Source of the DNA: Oceanospirillum sp.
GTDB lineage: Bacteria > Pseudomonadota > Gammaproteobacteria > Pseudomonadales > Halomonadaceae
Direction: 5' to 3'
Length of the DNA stretch: 64,000 nt
Assembly (NCBI GenBank): GCA_048264105.1
Contig: JBLXDJ010000008.1
Span: forward strand, 9,489-73,488
Shown in pieces: positions 9,185 to 22,200 of the stretch. Both the position numbers and the translations under genes were made by a program. The notes beneath the pieces were generated by a model. It worked only from the letters and a program-made list of their open reading frames with translations, was not told where the DNA came from and ran no database searches. Within the stretch, counting starts at the first letter, position 1, and each line of letters opens with the position of its first letter.

Positions 9185-10120
9185 ATGTTAATTCTTGATG
9201 CATTGGTTCCGGTATTTATGGTGATTATGGCCGGTACGCTGCTGCATATTTTCCGGTTTCCCGGTGGTGATTTCTGGCCATTGGTTGAGCGCTTCACCTA
9301 TTTCTTTCTGTTTCCGGTGATGCTGGTCAGCAAGATGGCCAACGCCAGCATTGATGAGGTGGCTGTCGATAAGGTAGCGATGGCTATTGTGCTGCTTCTG
9401 ATCGCCATGACAGCGCTTGTTGTGGTGTTGAAACCGCTGCTGACTAAGTCCGGTCCTGCGTTTACATCGGTTTATCAGGGGGGCTTACGCTTCAATACCT
9501 ACGTGGTGCTGGCCGCCGCGGAAGCCCTTTATGGTGAAGCGGGTCTGACCATTGCGGCCGTTGCCATGGCGATTATGATTCCGCTGATCAATGTGTTCTG
9601 CGTCTGTATCTTTGCGGTTTATGTGGGGCAGAGTGGCAGTGGTGTTGTCGGCACCCTGAAAGCGATCGCTAAAAACCCGCTGATTGTCGGCTGTGTGGTG
9701 GGTATGGCGCTGAATGTGACCGGTATCGGCCTGCCGGGCTGGAGTGCCGCAGCCTTCCATATTGTCAGTAATGCCGCGCTGCCGTTGGGTCTGTTGGCGG
9801 TGGGCTTCGCTCTGAATCTGAGTGCAGTTAAAGAGGCGTCCTGGCCGCTGATCTCGTCCAGTCTGATTAAGCTGCTGCTGATGCCGGTGGTAGCGACACT
9901 GATCGGCTATCTGGTGGGGCTGAGTGAGATGGAGATCGCGGTACTGCTGCTGTTTGCTGCCATGCCGACCGCAACCTCATCGTATATTCTGGCCCGTCAG
10001 CTGGGGGGGCATGCGCCTCTGATGGCTGCGATCACCACGGCTCAGACCCTGCTGGCGATGGTGACCCTGCCGATTGTGCTTCAGCTGCTGCCGAACAGTT
10101 TTGCGCCGCTGTTTAACTGA
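9185..10120 (+). CDS. AEC (auxin efflux carrier) family transporter
   Basis: 311 aa, ~10 TM segments, with N- and C-terminal halves typical of the Mem_trans/MdcF-like family. Confidence 0.8.
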   Translation: MLILDALVPVFMVIMAGTLLHIFRFPGGDFWPLVERFTYFFLFPVMLVSKMANASIDEVAVDKVAMAIVLLLIAMTALVVVLKPLLTKSGPAFTSVYQGGLRFNTYVVLAAAEALYGEAGLTIAAVAMAIMIPLINVFCVCIFAVYVGQSGSGVVGTLKAIAKNPLIVGCVVGMALNVTGIGLPGWSAAAFHIVSNAALPLGLLAVGFALNLSAVKEASWPLISSSLIKLLLMPVVATLIGYLVGLSEMEIAVLLLFAAMPTATSSYILARQLGGHAPLMAAITTAQTLLAMVTLPIVLQLLPNSFAPLFN

Positions 10121-10140
10121 GACGCTTCTGACGTTCTGAC

Positions 10141-11142
10141 TTAACTGATGGTGTGCGTCAGCTCGTTATCGCAGGGCTGACCGCTGGTCAGGCAATCCAG
10201 ATTGCCCAGGGTGACGCTGGCGATCTGGGTCAGCGCTTCTTCGGTGAAGAAACCCTGATGACCGGTAATCAGGACATTAGGGAAGCTCTGCAGACGTTCA
10301 AACAGCTCGTCATCGATGATCTCACCGGAATGGTCATGGAAGAAGAGCTGGCTCTCCTGTTCGTAAACATCCAGTCCCAGTGCCCGAACCTTACGGCTTT
10401 TCAGACCAGCGATCAGGGCGCGGGTATCCACTAAGCCGCCCCGGCTGGTGTTGATCATCATGACACCCTCTTTCATCAGGCTGATCGCTTTTTCATCAAT
10501 CAGGTGATGGCTCTCTTCGCTCAGGGGGCAGTGCAGGCTGATGATATCGGAGCGGCTGTAAAGCTCATCCAGCTCAACATAGTGGCCGCCCAGTGCGAGA
10601 TAATCCTGATTCGGATAGGGATCATGGGCGATCAGTTCACAGCCAAAGCCTTTCAGAATTTTGGCGGTTGCCAGACCGATCTGGCCGGTGCCGATCAAAC
10701 CTACCGTTTTTCCGTGCAGATTAAAGCCCAGCAGGCCATTCAGGGTGAAGTTGCTCTCTCTGACACGGTTGTAGGCGCGGTGGGTTTTGCGGTTCAGGGT
10801 GAGGATCAGCGCCAGTGTGTGCTCGGCGACCGCTTCCGGTGAATAGGCCGGAACGCGAACCACCGGCAGCCCCAGAGATTTGGCCGCCAGCAGATCGACA
10901 TTATTAAAACCGGCACAGCGCAGGGCGATAAAGCGCACGCCGGCCGCTTTCAGTTTCTCCAGTACCGGTGCGCTCAGGTCATCGTTGACGAAGGCGCAGA
11001 CGGCATCGAATCCCTTGCAGAGTTCAGCATTGGTTTCATTCAGCAGCTGATCAAAATAACTCAGCTCATAACCGTGCCGGCCGTTTTCCTGTTCCAGAAA
11101 CTGTTTGTCATAGGGTTGGGCGCTGAAAACGGCAATACGCAT
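10141..11142 (-). CDS. ldhA: D-lactate dehydrogenase / D-2-hydroxyacid dehydrogenase
   Basis: 333 aa, colinear with E. coli LdhA (FVNDDLS, ALRCAGFNNVDL, VVRVPAYSPEAVAEH, GxGxxG GLIGTGQIG, NTSRGGL, TGHQGFFT). Confidence 0.9.
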   Translation of the reverse strand: MRIAVFSAQPYDKQFLEQENGRHGYELSYFDQLLNETNAELCKGFDAVCAFVNDDLSAPVLEKLKAAGVRFIALRCAGFNNVDLLAAKSLGLPVVRVPAYSPEAVAEHTLALILTLNRKTHRAYNRVRESNFTLNGLLGFNLHGKTVGLIGTGQIGLATAKILKGFGCELIAHDPYPNQDYLALGGHYVELDELYSRSDIISLHCPLSEESHHLIDEKAISLMKEGVMMINTSRGGLVDTRALIAGLKSRKVRALGLDVYEQESQLFFHDHSGEIIDDELFERLQSFPNVLITGHQGFFTEEALTQIASVTLGNLDCLTSGQPCDNELTHTIS

Positions 11143-11222
11143 GCTCGGGATTCCTTTTGCTTTCTGTTGTCTTACTTTCTGTTGTCCGGATAACGGGCTT
11201 TCCTGACGGGGAAGGCCGGTTA

Positions 11223-11603
11223 TCAGGCCAGCCAGGATAAAGCGTTATGGCGAATCGCCACACCCACAATATAAGCGATAACACCGAAGGCTGCGACCAG
11301 AGCGATCACCCGAGTACCTTTGGTTTTTCCGCGTTTCAGGGCGATGGTGCCGATCACAATGTAGGCGATCAGGCCCAGCAGTTTGGCGGTCAGCCAGCCA
11401 TCAGAGAAAGGATACTGTTGAATCTGGAACATCAGGCCGATGGCGCTGACCAGCAGCAGGGTGTCGATAATATGCGGGACGATCTTTACCCAGCGCTTCT
11501 GCAGCTTGTCGGAATCCAGCAGCATCCAGACACCGCGCAGAGTGAACAGGCCGAGACTCAGGGCAACGGTAAGCAGGTGGATATGTTTAAAAGCAGCGTA
11601 CAT
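11223..11603 (-). CDS. SirB2/YchQ family membrane protein
   Basis: 126 aa with 4 TM segments. MYAAFKHIHLLTVALSLGLF... and WLTAKLLGLIAYIVIG are typical of the SirB2 family. Confidence 0.7.
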   Translation of the reverse strand: MYAAFKHIHLLTVALSLGLFTLRGVWMLLDSDKLQKRWVKIVPHIIDTLLLVSAIGLMFQIQQYPFSDGWLTAKLLGLIAYIVIGTIALKRGKTKGTRVIALVAAFGVIAYIVGVAIRHNALSWLA

Positions 11604-11689
11604 GGTTCATCCTTTCTTAATGATCGTTAAATGGATACGGAATCGTCAGCCCTGAGGTGGTTGGCACACTCTTAGGGAGCGGGCTCTTT

Positions 11690-12520
11690 CTAACGAAGGG
11701 CCTGACATTGGGGGCAGAAGACGCTGCTCCGGTTGCTCTGACGAATCTCTTTAAGTTCAGTTTTGCAGTGCAGGCATTCAGACCCGGCACGGCCATAGAC
11801 GTTCAGTTGCTGGGCAAAATAACCGGGCTTGCCATCGCCGCCGACAAAGTCTTTCAGGGTGGTACCGCCCTGCTCAATCGAACGCTGCAGCACCATGCGG
11901 ATATTGTCGGTGAGTCGGGCCAGTTGATCCGGTTTCAGACTGCCTGCGGCCTGCTGAGGGTGAATGCCGGAAAGAAACAGCGCCTCATTGGCGTAGATGT
12001 TACCCACACCCACCACTACCTTGCTGTCCATAATCAGGCTTTTAATGGCGGTTTTGCGTTTCGCACAGCGTTTGGCCAGATAGTCTGCCGTAAAGTCATC
12101 GGACAGAGGTTCCGGTCCCAGATGGGCGATCAGCTTATGCTCTTCGACAGGTTCGTTTGTCCAGAGTATTGCGCCAAAGCGTCTCGGGTCGTGATAGCGA
12201 AGGATATCGCCGCTTTCCATGATGATATCGACGTGATCATGCTTATTCACCGCTTCGCTACCGGCATTGGACAGTAAAACCCGGAGGCTGCCGGACATTC
12301 CCAGATGCACCAGCAGGGTGCCATGGTCAAAACCAAACAGAAGATACTTACCCCGGCGTTCGACATGGCGGATGCTTTTACCGCAAATCAGCTGGTTCAG
12401 ATCATCGGGGATCGGCCAGCGAAGGGAGGGCTGGCGAACAATCAGCTGCTCTACGGTCTGGTTGAGACAGTAGGGGCTGACACCTTTGCGTGTGGTTTCA
12501 ACTTCCGGTAATTCAGGCAT
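11690..12520 (-). CDS. mutM: Formamidopyrimidine-DNA glycosylase
   Basis: 276 aa. The N-terminal MPELPEVE catalytic motif is present, along with a C-terminal zinc finger CxxC...CxxC (CLHCKTELKEIRQSNRSSVFCPQC). Confidence 0.95.
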   Translation of the reverse strand: MPELPEVETTRKGVSPYCLNQTVEQLIVRQPSLRWPIPDDLNQLICGKSIRHVERRGKYLLFGFDHGTLLVHLGMSGSLRVLLSNAGSEAVNKHDHVDIIMESGDILRYHDPRRFGAILWTNEPVEEHKLIAHLGPEPLSDDFTADYLAKRCAKRKTAIKSLIMDSKVVVGVGNIYANEALFLSGIHPQQAAGSLKPDQLARLTDNIRMVLQRSIEQGGTTLKDFVGGDGKPGYFAQQLNVYGRAGSECLHCKTELKEIRQSNRSSVFCPQCQALR

Positions 12521-12613
12521 GGCGGGCTCTTAAATGGCAATATCGGGTTGGGATAAGCCGTCCCAGACAGGGCGGATAATAACCTAGTTAAAGAGTGGGA
12601 TATTATGCAGGCA

Positions 12614-12643
12614 TAAAAAAACCCGGACAAGCCGGGTTTTTTT
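12614..12643 (-). terminator. Intrinsic terminator after rpmG
   Basis: AAAAAAACCCGG-acaa-GCCGGGTTTTTTT (symmetrical A/T runs). Confidence 0.8.
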
Positions 12644-12657
12644 CAGAAGAAAAAATC

Positions 12658-12813
12658 TTATTTGATTTTAGCTTCTTTATACATAACGTGCTTACGAACA
12701 ACCGGATCGAATTTCTTCATTTCCAGTTTGTCTGGCGTAGTACGCTTGTTTTTGTCTGTGGTATAGAAGTGACCTGTACCAGCAGACGATACCATTCTGA
12801 TTTTATCACGCAT
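12658..12813 (-). CDS. rpmG: 50S ribosomal protein L33 (absent from the ORF track, <60 aa)
   Basis: Hand translation of the minus strand gives [51 protein letters not shown]. Lies directly downstream of rpmB. Confidence 0.93.
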   Translation of the reverse strand: MRDKIRMVSSAGTGHFYTTDKNKRTTPDKLEMKKFDPVVRKHVMYKEAKIK

Positions 12814-12836
12814 GATGAGTCTCCTTTATTCAGTGC

Positions 12837-13073
12837 TTACAGCTTAACGCCGCGTGCACGAATGTCAGCCAGTACCTTTTCGATACCCTGCTTGTCGATG
12901 ATGCGCATGCCTTTAGCAGATACGCGCAGTTTCACAAAACGCTTCTCGGCTTCAACCCAGAAACGGTGCGTGTGAAGGTTAGGAGTAAAACGACGACGCG
13001 TTTTGTTTTGTGCGTGAGACACATTATTTCCGGTTACAGGACGCTTCCCGGTAACCTGGCAAACTTTGGACAT
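12837..13073 (-). CDS. rpmB: 50S ribosomal protein L28
   Basis: 78 aa; [33 protein letters not shown] is canonical L28. Confidence 0.96.
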   Translation of the reverse strand: MSKVCQVTGKRPVTGNNVSHAQNKTRRRFTPNLHTHRFWVEAEKRFVKLRVSAKGMRIIDKQGIEKVLADIRARGVKL

Positions 13074-13308
13074 TTTCTAGCCTCCAGCCGCTAGCTAGGC
13101 GTCTTAACTATTCAAGAAACCTGGGGGAATCAGCGAATCAGCCGGAAAAAACGGCGCCCTGCTTCAACCCATCAATTTAAAGGCGCACTGTTATATCAGA
13201 ATGCCCACTAGCTGACAAGTTATATGTGGTTTTGCGGCTGTTTTTCTATGTTTTTCACAGATCTTCTGTGTTTCGGCACAGAAATACCAGCCAGAAGTGC
13301 GTCATTAT

Positions 13309-13989
13309 CTACATCAGGCCGCGTTGAGCAAGCGAAACCGTGTCTCCGTTACCAATTATAAAGTGATCGAGCACTCTGACGTCGATCAGATCGAGTGCTT
13401 TTGTCAGTTTATGGGTGATTCTTTCATCGGATTGGCTGGGTTCTGCGATACCGGACGGGTGGTTGTGAGCGAAGATGACCGCGGCGGCATTATGAGCCAG
13501 AGCGCGCTTAACAACTTCTCTGGGATAAACGCTGGCGCTGTCGATGGTGCCCCGGAAAAGTGGCTCAAAAGCCAGCACCTGATGCTGGTTGTCCATAAAC
13601 AGGCAGGCGAAGACCTCGTGGGGTTCGTGACGCAGTTGGCTGATCAGATAATGCTGAGCCAGTTCCGGGCTGGTCAGAGCATCGCCGCTTTCCAGCCGTG
13701 CCATCAGATGACGCCTGCTCATCTCCAGAACCGCCTGCAGCTGAACAAACTTGGCGGGCCCCAGTCCGTTGTGACTGCAGAAGCTTTTCAGGTCAGCCTC
13801 CAGCAAGGCTCTCAGGCCGTCAAAGCCCTTCAGAAGGTCTCTGGCAAGTTCTACGGCATTTTTACCGGGAATACCCGTACGCAGAAAGATCGCCAGCAGC
13901 TCAGCATCACTGAGCGCTGAGGCTCCCTGCTTCAGGAGTTTTTCTCGGGGCCGCTCCTGTTCCGGCCAATCCTTCAGGCTCATCGTCAC
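13309..13989 (-). CDS. radC: RadC/YicR family JAB-domain protein (UPF0758)
   Basis: 226 aa with an HhH N-terminus ([14 protein letters not shown]) and the JAMM motif HNHPSG. Core radC-rpmB / coaBC neighbourhood. Confidence 0.9.
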   Translation of the reverse strand: MTMSLKDWPEQERPREKLLKQGASALSDAELLAIFLRTGIPGKNAVELARDLLKGFDGLRALLEADLKSFCSHNGLGPAKFVQLQAVLEMSRRHLMARLESGDALTSPELAQHYLISQLRHEPHEVFACLFMDNQHQVLAFEPLFRGTIDSASVYPREVVKRALAHNAAAVIFAHNHPSGIAEPSQSDERITHKLTKALDLIDVRVLDHFIIGNGDTVSLAQRGLM

Positions 13990-14230
13990 CTCCCTGATGA
14001 CTGATTGCGCTTCCTTTTGCTATCCGTTTTGCAGGACAGAGCTTATTTTCCATCGTGGTTAGTTTTGACCCGATTAGGGCTTTAGGCAAGTGCTGAGGAT
14101 AGCTGACGCTAAACAGCGTGCATGCTATCGTGTTGCGCTTTGTGATGGCGTCAGTCTGTGTTTATTTTGCGCATGAATGTAGCGAGCAGACTCCCGTGCC
14201 GGTGGCATTCAGAGACAGAGGTGTTTTTTC

Positions 14231-15499
14231 ATGTTGGCAAAGGTTCGTGTGTTGCTGGGGATCAGTGGTGGTATCGCTGCCTATAAATCAGCGGAGCTGA
14301 CCCGCCTGTTGGTTAAAGCCGGAGCTGAGGTACGTGTGGTGATGACAGAGGGCGCACAGGCCTTTATAACGCCACTGACCTTTCAGGCTTTGTCCGGTAA
14401 TCCGGTACATACCCACCTGCTGGACCCTGAGGCGGAAGCCGGAATGGGACATATTGAGCTGGCAAAGTGGGCAGATCTGATTGTGGTAGCTCCGGCCAGT
14501 GCCGATGTGATGGCGCGGCTGGCGGCGGGCATGGCAAATGATCTGCTGACCACGCTTTGTCTAGCCACCGATGCCAAAGTGCTGCTGGCTCCGGCGATGA
14601 ATCAGGCGATGTGGCATCATCCGGCAACACAGCAGAATGCACGTCAGCTGGAAACATACGGTTATCAGCTGATGGGGCCGGGACAGGGCGAGCAGGCCTG
14701 TGGCGATGTCGGTTTTGGCCGCATGCTGGAGCCGGAACAACTTGCTGATCTGATTACGGCTGCAGCCGGTGAACTGCAGTCAGTACCCAAAGCGCTGATG
14801 GCACCCAAGGGTTCGCTGTCAGGCAAAACCGTTACCATCACCGCAGGGCCGACCCGTGAAGCGGTCGATCCGGTGCGTTACATCAGCAACCACAGCTCCG
14901 GAAAAATGGGCTTTGCACTGGCCGAGGCAGCGCTGAAAGCCGGTGCGAAGGTGAATCTGATTGCCGGCCCGGTTCAGATTCAGGCACCGGAAGGGGTGAA
15001 TCTGATCTCTGTGCAGAGCGCCCAGCAGATGCTGGAGGCCAGCCTGTCGGTGATTGAGCAAACCGATATCTTTATCGCAGCCGCCGCCGTTGCGGATTAT
15101 CGCCCGTCAGCGGCAGCAGACCAGAAGATGAAGAAGCAGCCGGGTCAGAATGATCTGGTGCTGCATCTGGTACAGAACCCTGACATTGTGGCCACGGTTG
15201 CCAGGCATGAAGCGCGTCCTTTCACCGTGGGCTTTGCGGCCGAAACTCAGGATGTGGAGGCTTACGCGGCCGATAAGCTGGTTCGGAAAAATCTGGATAT
15301 GATTATCGCCAATGATGTCTCCCGTACCGATATAGGCTTTAACAGCGATCAGAACGCCGTCACGCTGCTTTGGCGGGAAGAGAGCACCCTACAGTCCCTC
15401 AGTCCTGAACAGGCCGCTAAGCAGGATCTGGCGCATGATCTGATGCATTGCATCGCCAGTCGCTTTCATCTGGATCAGTCGGATGATGCAGAAGTTTAA
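14231..15499 (+). CDS. coaBC: Bifunctional phosphopantothenoylcysteine decarboxylase / phosphopantothenate-cysteine ligase
   Basis: 422 aa. Flavoprotein N-domain ([17 protein letters not shown]), CoaB C-domain ([19 protein letters not shown]). Confidence 0.95.
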   Translation: MLAKVRVLLGISGGIAAYKSAELTRLLVKAGAEVRVVMTEGAQAFITPLTFQALSGNPVHTHLLDPEAEAGMGHIELAKWADLIVVAPASADVMARLAAGMANDLLTTLCLATDAKVLLAPAMNQAMWHHPATQQNARQLETYGYQLMGPGQGEQACGDVGFGRMLEPEQLADLITAAAGELQSVPKALMAPKGSLSGKTVTITAGPTREAVDPVRYISNHSSGKMGFALAEAALKAGAKVNLIAGPVQIQAPEGVNLISVQSAQQMLEASLSVIEQTDIFIAAAAVADYRPSAAADQKMKKQPGQNDLVLHLVQNPDIVATVARHEARPFTVGFAAETQDVEAYAADKLVRKNLDMIIANDVSRTDIGFNSDQNAVTLLWREESTLQSLSPEQAAKQDLAHDLMHCIASRFHLDQSDDAEV

Positions 15500-15689
15500 C
15501 AAGCAGTCAGCGCTGAAATCGTTATAATACTCAGCCACTGAACGGCGGTGTTTTTTTAAAAAAGAGCGGCAGTGCTTCTGCGTGAAGCGTTGCCCTGTTT
15601 TGATGCACTTTTTAACAGCAGATTGCATCAGAATACCGCCGGCGTTACCGGTTAATATTCCCTAATTTCTGAAAGAGCACGGTTACCCG

Positions 15690-16145
15690 ATGAGCACACT
15701 CGACGTTAAAATCCTGAATCCTAAAATTGGTAATGAGCTGCCGCTGCCACACTACGCAACGGAAGGTTCAGCGGGTATGGATCTGCGTGCGTGCATCGAT
15801 GAGCCAGTGACCCTGCAGCCCGGTGAAACTCAGCTGATCGGCACCGGCCTTGCGATCCATATTGGTGATCCGGGACTGGCGGGCGTGATTCTGCCGCGCT
15901 CCGGTCTGGGCCATAAACACGGTATCGTACTGGGTAACCTAGTGGGTCTGATCGATTCCGACTATCAGGGTGAACTGATGATCTCCTGCTGGAACCGTGG
16001 TCAGACGGCATTCACCTTAGAGCCCGGCGAGCGACTGGCCCAGTATGTGCTGGTGCCTGTGGTTCAGGCTGAGCTGAATATCGTTGATGACTTTGATGCC
16101 TCTGAGCGTGGTGCCGGTGGTTTCGGCCACTCCGGTCGTCAGTAG
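15690..16145 (+). CDS. dut: dUTP diphosphatase
   Basis: 151 aa, colinear with E. coli Dut ([47 protein letters not shown]). Confidence 0.96.
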   Translation: MSTLDVKILNPKIGNELPLPHYATEGSAGMDLRACIDEPVTLQPGETQLIGTGLAIHIGDPGLAGVILPRSGLGHKHGIVLGNLVGLIDSDYQGELMISCWNRGQTAFTLEPGERLAQYVLVPVVQAELNIVDDFDASERGAGGFGHSGRQ

Positions 16146-16258
16146 CGCAGCCATCATCAAGCCTGCGTTCGGGATGAGCGGCAGGCGCTGAAACAGACAA
16201 ATAAGAAAAATACCCGCCCTGTTACCCATTATGTCAGGGCGTGTATCCAAGAGCATAA

Positions 16259-17188
<930 letters not shown>

Positions 17189-17234
17189 TGCCGGCACTGG
17201 CACTGATAAAACCGCTGGGAAAACTGGAAAGACC

Positions 17235-17852
17235 ATGACGCAGGATAGTAATCAGAAGCATACAAAATCATCTCGCCGGGAACAGATTCTTCAGGCACTC
17301 GTTCAGATGCTGGAGAACAACCCTGGTGCCAGAATCACCACGTCAAATCTGGCGAAAGAGGTTGGCTTATCTGAAGCTGCGTTATATCGCCACTTTGCCA
17401 GCAAGGCTAAGATGTTTGAGGGGCTGATTGAGTTTATCGAAGATGCGGTGTTCAGCCGTGTGAACCGCATTCTTCAGGATGAGCCTCAGGCGATCTACCG
17501 CTGTGAACATCTGCTGACCCTGGTTCTGGCCTTTGCTGACCGTAACCCGGGTTTGTGCCGCATTCTGACCGGCGAAGCGCTGGTGGGTGAGAATGAACGC
17601 CTGCGCAGCCGGGTTTCCCAGTTCTATGAGCGTCTGGAAACTCAGCTGAAGCAGATTCTGCGTGAGGCTGAGATCCGTGATCAGATGAAAACCCGTATGC
17701 CGGTTCCGGTAACGTCCCAGCTGCTGCTCTCCATTGTTGAGGGTCGTATTCTGCAATACGCGCGAACGGGCCGTTCACCGGTAGAACACTGGCCGGAGCA
17801 GTGGGCCTATCTGGCCAATGACCTGATGACGCCGGTTGCCGTTGGCGTTTAA
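17235..17852 (+). CDS. slmA: Nucleoid occlusion factor SlmA (TetR family)
   Basis: 205 aa. RREQILQALVQMLENNPGARITTSNLAKEVGLSEAALYRHFASKAKMFEGLIEFIED closely parallels E. coli SlmA. Confidence 0.85.
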   Translation: MTQDSNQKHTKSSRREQILQALVQMLENNPGARITTSNLAKEVGLSEAALYRHFASKAKMFEGLIEFIEDAVFSRVNRILQDEPQAIYRCEHLLTLVLAFADRNPGLCRILTGEALVGENERLRSRVSQFYERLETQLKQILREAEIRDQMKTRMPVPVTSQLLLSIVEGRILQYARTGRSPVEHWPEQWAYLANDLMTPVAVGV

Positions 17853-17912
17853 GTCATATCGTCCTAAGCTGATAAAACAAAAACATAAAAAAGTTAAGCA
17901 AAAGGTCGCACT

Positions 17913-19181
17913 ATGCCCCCCAAGCATCGCCTGCTTATTGTTGATAACTCGATTTTCTTCCGCGATGTTTTAGCCAAAACATTGATGACCGAATTGCCGG
18001 GCCTGCTGGTTGATTCTGTTAAAACCTTTAAAGCTGCTCAGGCGCTGATTGCCACCCATGGCAAGGCGTATATGGGCATTCTCAGCGGTCTGGTGCTGGA
18101 AGATGCACCCACCGGTGCTGTGCTTGATCTCGCTGCTGAATATAAAATCCCTGCCATCGCTCTGACCGGTTCTCTGGATAGTGAAACCCGGCAACTGGTG
18201 ATGGATCGGGATGTTATCGACTATTTCTTTAAAGATCAGGACGGTTTGCACGACGTTATCACCCTGGTGAAGCGTCTGATGAATAACGGCAAGCACAAGG
18301 TGTTGGTGGTGGATGACTCAACCACATACTGTGCCTACCTGACCGTACTGCTGCAGCGACAGCATTATCAGGTGATTGTCGCGAATAGTGGCGAAGAAGC
18401 GGTCGACCTGCTGACGACCGGTCACGATATCTCTATGGTGCTGCTGGACTATCAGCTGCCCGGTATGAGCGGCTACGATGTGATTCGTCGTATCCGTAAG
18501 CAATATAACTCCACCGAGTTACCTGTGATTGGTATCTCCGGCCAGATTGATCAGCTGATCCCGGCTCAGATTCTTAAGTGCGGTGCCAATGACTTTATGT
18601 ACAAAGGCTTCACCGTGGAGGAATTCTACAGCCGCATCAATAACATGATGGATCTGCTGCTGAGCGTCCGCGAGCTGAAAGACGCTGCATATAAAGATTT
18701 TCTCACCGGTATGCCCAACCGCCAGTATTTCTACCCGACAGCCGATGCCCTGATCGCTCAGGCGGATGAAAAGGGGCTGCCGCTGGGTCTGGTCATGATG
18801 GATATCGACTTCTTCAAGAAGGTAAACGATACCTATGGCCACAGTGCCGGAGATGACGTTCTGAGAGTGGTGGCAGACTGCATTCGGGAAGAGAGCCGAA
18901 GCGATACTCTGATGGCCCGTTTAGGAGGCGAAGAGTTTTGTCTGCTGATTCAGGGCGCTTCTGAGCAGGATATTCTGGCGCGTATGGAGACGTTGCGTGC
19001 ACTGATTGAATCAACAGAAGTGACGCTGCCGGATGAGCAGGTGCTGAAAGTAACCCTGAGTATGGGCGTGTGCATGCGGGAAGATCATAATCTTGAAGCT
19101 TTGCTGGAGCTGTCTGATCAGGCACTGTACAGCGCGAAAGAGGGTGGTCGTAATCGTGTGGTCAGTTATAAGGCCGGTTAA
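17913..19181 (+). CDS. Response regulator with two receiver domains and a GGDEF diguanylate cyclase domain
   Basis: 422 aa. REC1 spans ~5-120. REC2 (KVLVVDDS...VLLDYQLPGMSG) is canonical. The GGDEF domain has an active-site GGEEF. No partner kinase is adjacent. Confidence 0.88.
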   Translation: MPPKHRLLIVDNSIFFRDVLAKTLMTELPGLLVDSVKTFKAAQALIATHGKAYMGILSGLVLEDAPTGAVLDLAAEYKIPAIALTGSLDSETRQLVMDRDVIDYFFKDQDGLHDVITLVKRLMNNGKHKVLVVDDSTTYCAYLTVLLQRQHYQVIVANSGEEAVDLLTTGHDISMVLLDYQLPGMSGYDVIRRIRKQYNSTELPVIGISGQIDQLIPAQILKCGANDFMYKGFTVEEFYSRINNMMDLLLSVRELKDAAYKDFLTGMPNRQYFYPTADALIAQADEKGLPLGLVMMDIDFFKKVNDTYGHSAGDDVLRVVADCIREESRSDTLMARLGGEEFCLLIQGASEQDILARMETLRALIESTEVTLPDEQVLKVTLSMGVCMREDHNLEALLELSDQALYSAKEGGRNRVVSYKAG

Positions 19182-19206
19182 CGGGCTGATCTCCGCGTCT
19201 TAACAA

Positions 19207-19258
19207 GGCAATAAAAAAACGCCGCAGGGGGTTAACCGCTGCGGCGTTTTTTATTGCC
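19207..19258. terminator. Bidirectional intrinsic terminator
   Basis: GGCAATAAAAAAACGCCGCAG-ggggttaacc-GCTGCGGCGTTTTTTATTGCC. Confidence 0.85.
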
Positions 19259-19296
19259 TAAGGCTTCTGGTTTAAGAAGCCTTAGTTGATTACCGG

Positions 19297-22200
19297 TCAG
19301 GCCTCAGCTTTGTTGACGGTCTGATCCAGATCCTTAATACGCTGTGGTGCAAAGGCGTAGTACATCACAGGGATCACAATCAGAGTCAGCAGTGTTGAGA
19401 CGGTCAGACCGAAGATCAGTGCGATCGCAAGACCGTTGAAGATAGGGTCATCCAGAATAAAGAGCGCCCCTATCATCGCCGCCAGTGCGGTCAGAATGAT
19501 CGGCTTGGCACGTACCGCGCCGGACTGAATCACCGCTTCCTCAAATGACATGCCTTCTTCCAGCTGCTGGTTGATAAAGTCCACCAGCAGAATGGAGTTA
19601 CGCACGATAATGCCCGCCAGTGCGATCATGCCGATCATAGATGTTGCTGTGAACTGTGCATCCAGCAGCGCATGACCCGGCATCACACCAATCACGGTCA
19701 GGGGGATCGGCGTCATAATGATCAGAGGGACACGGTAGGAGCGGAACTGAGCCACCACTAACATGTAGATCAGGATCATACCGACACCATAGGCGATGCC
19801 CATATCGCGGAATGTCTCGTAAGTGACCTGCCACTCACCATCCCATTTTACCGATGGCACCAGCGGCCATTCCGGCTGCTGAATAAAGAACTGCTCCAGC
19901 GGCGTGTCTTTAAACAGCGGCTCATCACCCAGCTGACCGATCAGGTCGAACATACCGTACAGCGGGCTGTCCAGATCACCGGCCATATCTGCGGTCACAA
20001 ACGTCACCGGCAGCAGGTCTTTGTGGTAGATGGTTTTTTCCCATTGGGCGTCCACCAGATGAACCACTTCAGACAGGGCAACCAGATCACCGCTCATACT
20101 GCGTACTTTCAGTGTCAGGAACTGTTGCAGATTACTCTTATCCGCTTCGTTCAGCTCAAGACGGATCGGCAGCGCGTATTTCTGATGGCTCTCGTGCAGG
20201 TAGCTGATATCTTCGCCACCCAGCGCGGCTGTGATCGCGGAAACGATACTGGCCTGAGGCACACCCAGCAGAGATGCTTTATGACGATCCACCTGCAGCA
20301 GATATTTCTGTGCCGGCGCTTCTATCATATCGTCAACATCAACAATGCTGTCGGTCTGTTCCAGACGGGCGCGTAATGCTTTTGCGGTTTCAGCCATCGC
20401 TTCCTGATTCGGGCCGTAAACCTCAGCCACAATCGGTGCGATAACCGGTGGTCCCGGTGGCACTTCAACCACTTTCACATTGGCGTTGTAACGCTCACCA
20501 ATCGCCTGCAGAGGTTCACGCATGCTCAGAGCAATATCGTGGCTCTTACGGTCACGTTCGCCCTTATCGACAAAGTTCACCTGGATATCACCGGAGTGCG
20601 GATCGGTGCGCAGGTAATACTGACGAACCAGGCCGTTAAAGTTGATCGGAGCGGCAGTACCGGCGTAGGTCTGGTAGTGCGTCACTTCCGGAACCGTCTG
20701 CAGGTATTCGCTCAGTTCCAGCAGTACACGCTGGGTCTGTTCAACCGGCGTACCTTCCGGCATATCAACAATAATCTGAACCTCTGATTTGTTATCAAAG
20801 GGCAGCATCTTCAGTACCACCGCCAGAGTGGCAGGCAGAGCAACGGATGCCATCATCAGGGCAACAATGCCTGCGCCCAGTGCCATACGTTTCTTGCGGC
20901 CTTTTTTGCCCTGCAGGAAAGGGCCAACCATTTTGCGGAAGAAGGTCAGCATCTTGGTGCTGGTCACATCATGTTCCGCTTCGGCGCAGTGTTCCTGTTC
21001 CTCATGTTTCAGCAGTTTGAAGGCTAACCAAGGTGTTACCACAAAAGCGATCACCAGAGAGATCAGCATACCCATACTGGCATTGATCGGGATCGGGCTC
21101 ATGTACGGGCCCATCAGGCCGGTTACGAAAGCCATCGGCATCAGTGCTGCGATTACGGTAAAGGTTGCCAGAATCGTTGGGCCACCCACCTCATCAACCG
21201 CCTGCGGAATCGCTTCACGCATCGACTTACCGCCCATGCTCAGATGCCGGTGGATGTTTTCCACCACCACGATGGCATCATCCACCAGAATACCGATGGA
21301 GAAGATCAGAGCGAACAGGGATACCCGGTTCAGGGTGAAGCCGTAAGCCCAGGATGCGAACAGGGTGATCATCAGGGTGATGACAATAGCCAGACCCACA
21401 ATCAGCGCCTGACGGAAACCCAGTGCAGCCAGTACCAGCACCACAACGGCACCGGTGGCAAAGATCAGTTTTGAGATCAGAGTATTGGATTTGTTGTTAG
21501 CGGTTTCGCCATAGTCACGGGTCACCGTTACCTGAACATTGTCAGGAATCGCAATATTCTTCAGCTGCTCGATACGCTTGTTAACGCTCTCGGTAATATC
21601 GATCGCGTTCTGACCGGGCTGCTTGGCGATCGCCATCGTCACGGCCGGATAGAGGCCGGGTTTGCCATTCTCAGCAAAGGCAGGGCCGGTGCCCATAAAG
21701 ACACTTTGCTCCGGTACATCGGCACCCAGAGTGACATCGGCCACATCTTCCAGATAAACCGGTGAGCCGTTATTCAGACCAACAATCAGACGTTTAACGT
21801 CATCAACGGTTGATAGGAAATCACCCGCCTGAACCGGAATCACCGTATTGTTGCTGACGATACGGGTTTCAGAACCTGTGGTGTTGCCGGATTGCAGCGC
21901 ATTACGCAGGTCATCCAGACTGATGTTAAAGCCGGACAGACGCGCAGGATCCAGAGCAACCTGAACCGTGGTATCCGGGCCGCCCAGGGTGTAAATATCA
22001 CGGGTGCCTTTGACGCGCTTCAGCTCAACTTCCAGATTATGGGCGATCTTTTTCAGCTCATGGCTGCCGATGGTGTCGTCATCTGACCAGAGTGTCAGAG
22101 ACATAATCGGCACATCATCAATACCCATAGGTTTGATCAGTGGCTGACCCACGCCCAGATTCGGTGGCAGCCAATCCATATTGGAGAACACCTGATTGTA

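Noticed and set aside
12595-12975. 126-aa plus-strand ORF across the rpmG-rpmB region; similar ORFs at 11657-12277 opposite mutM and 13297-13920 opposite radC.
   Set aside because: They are antisense to highly conserved genes and show no homology signal.
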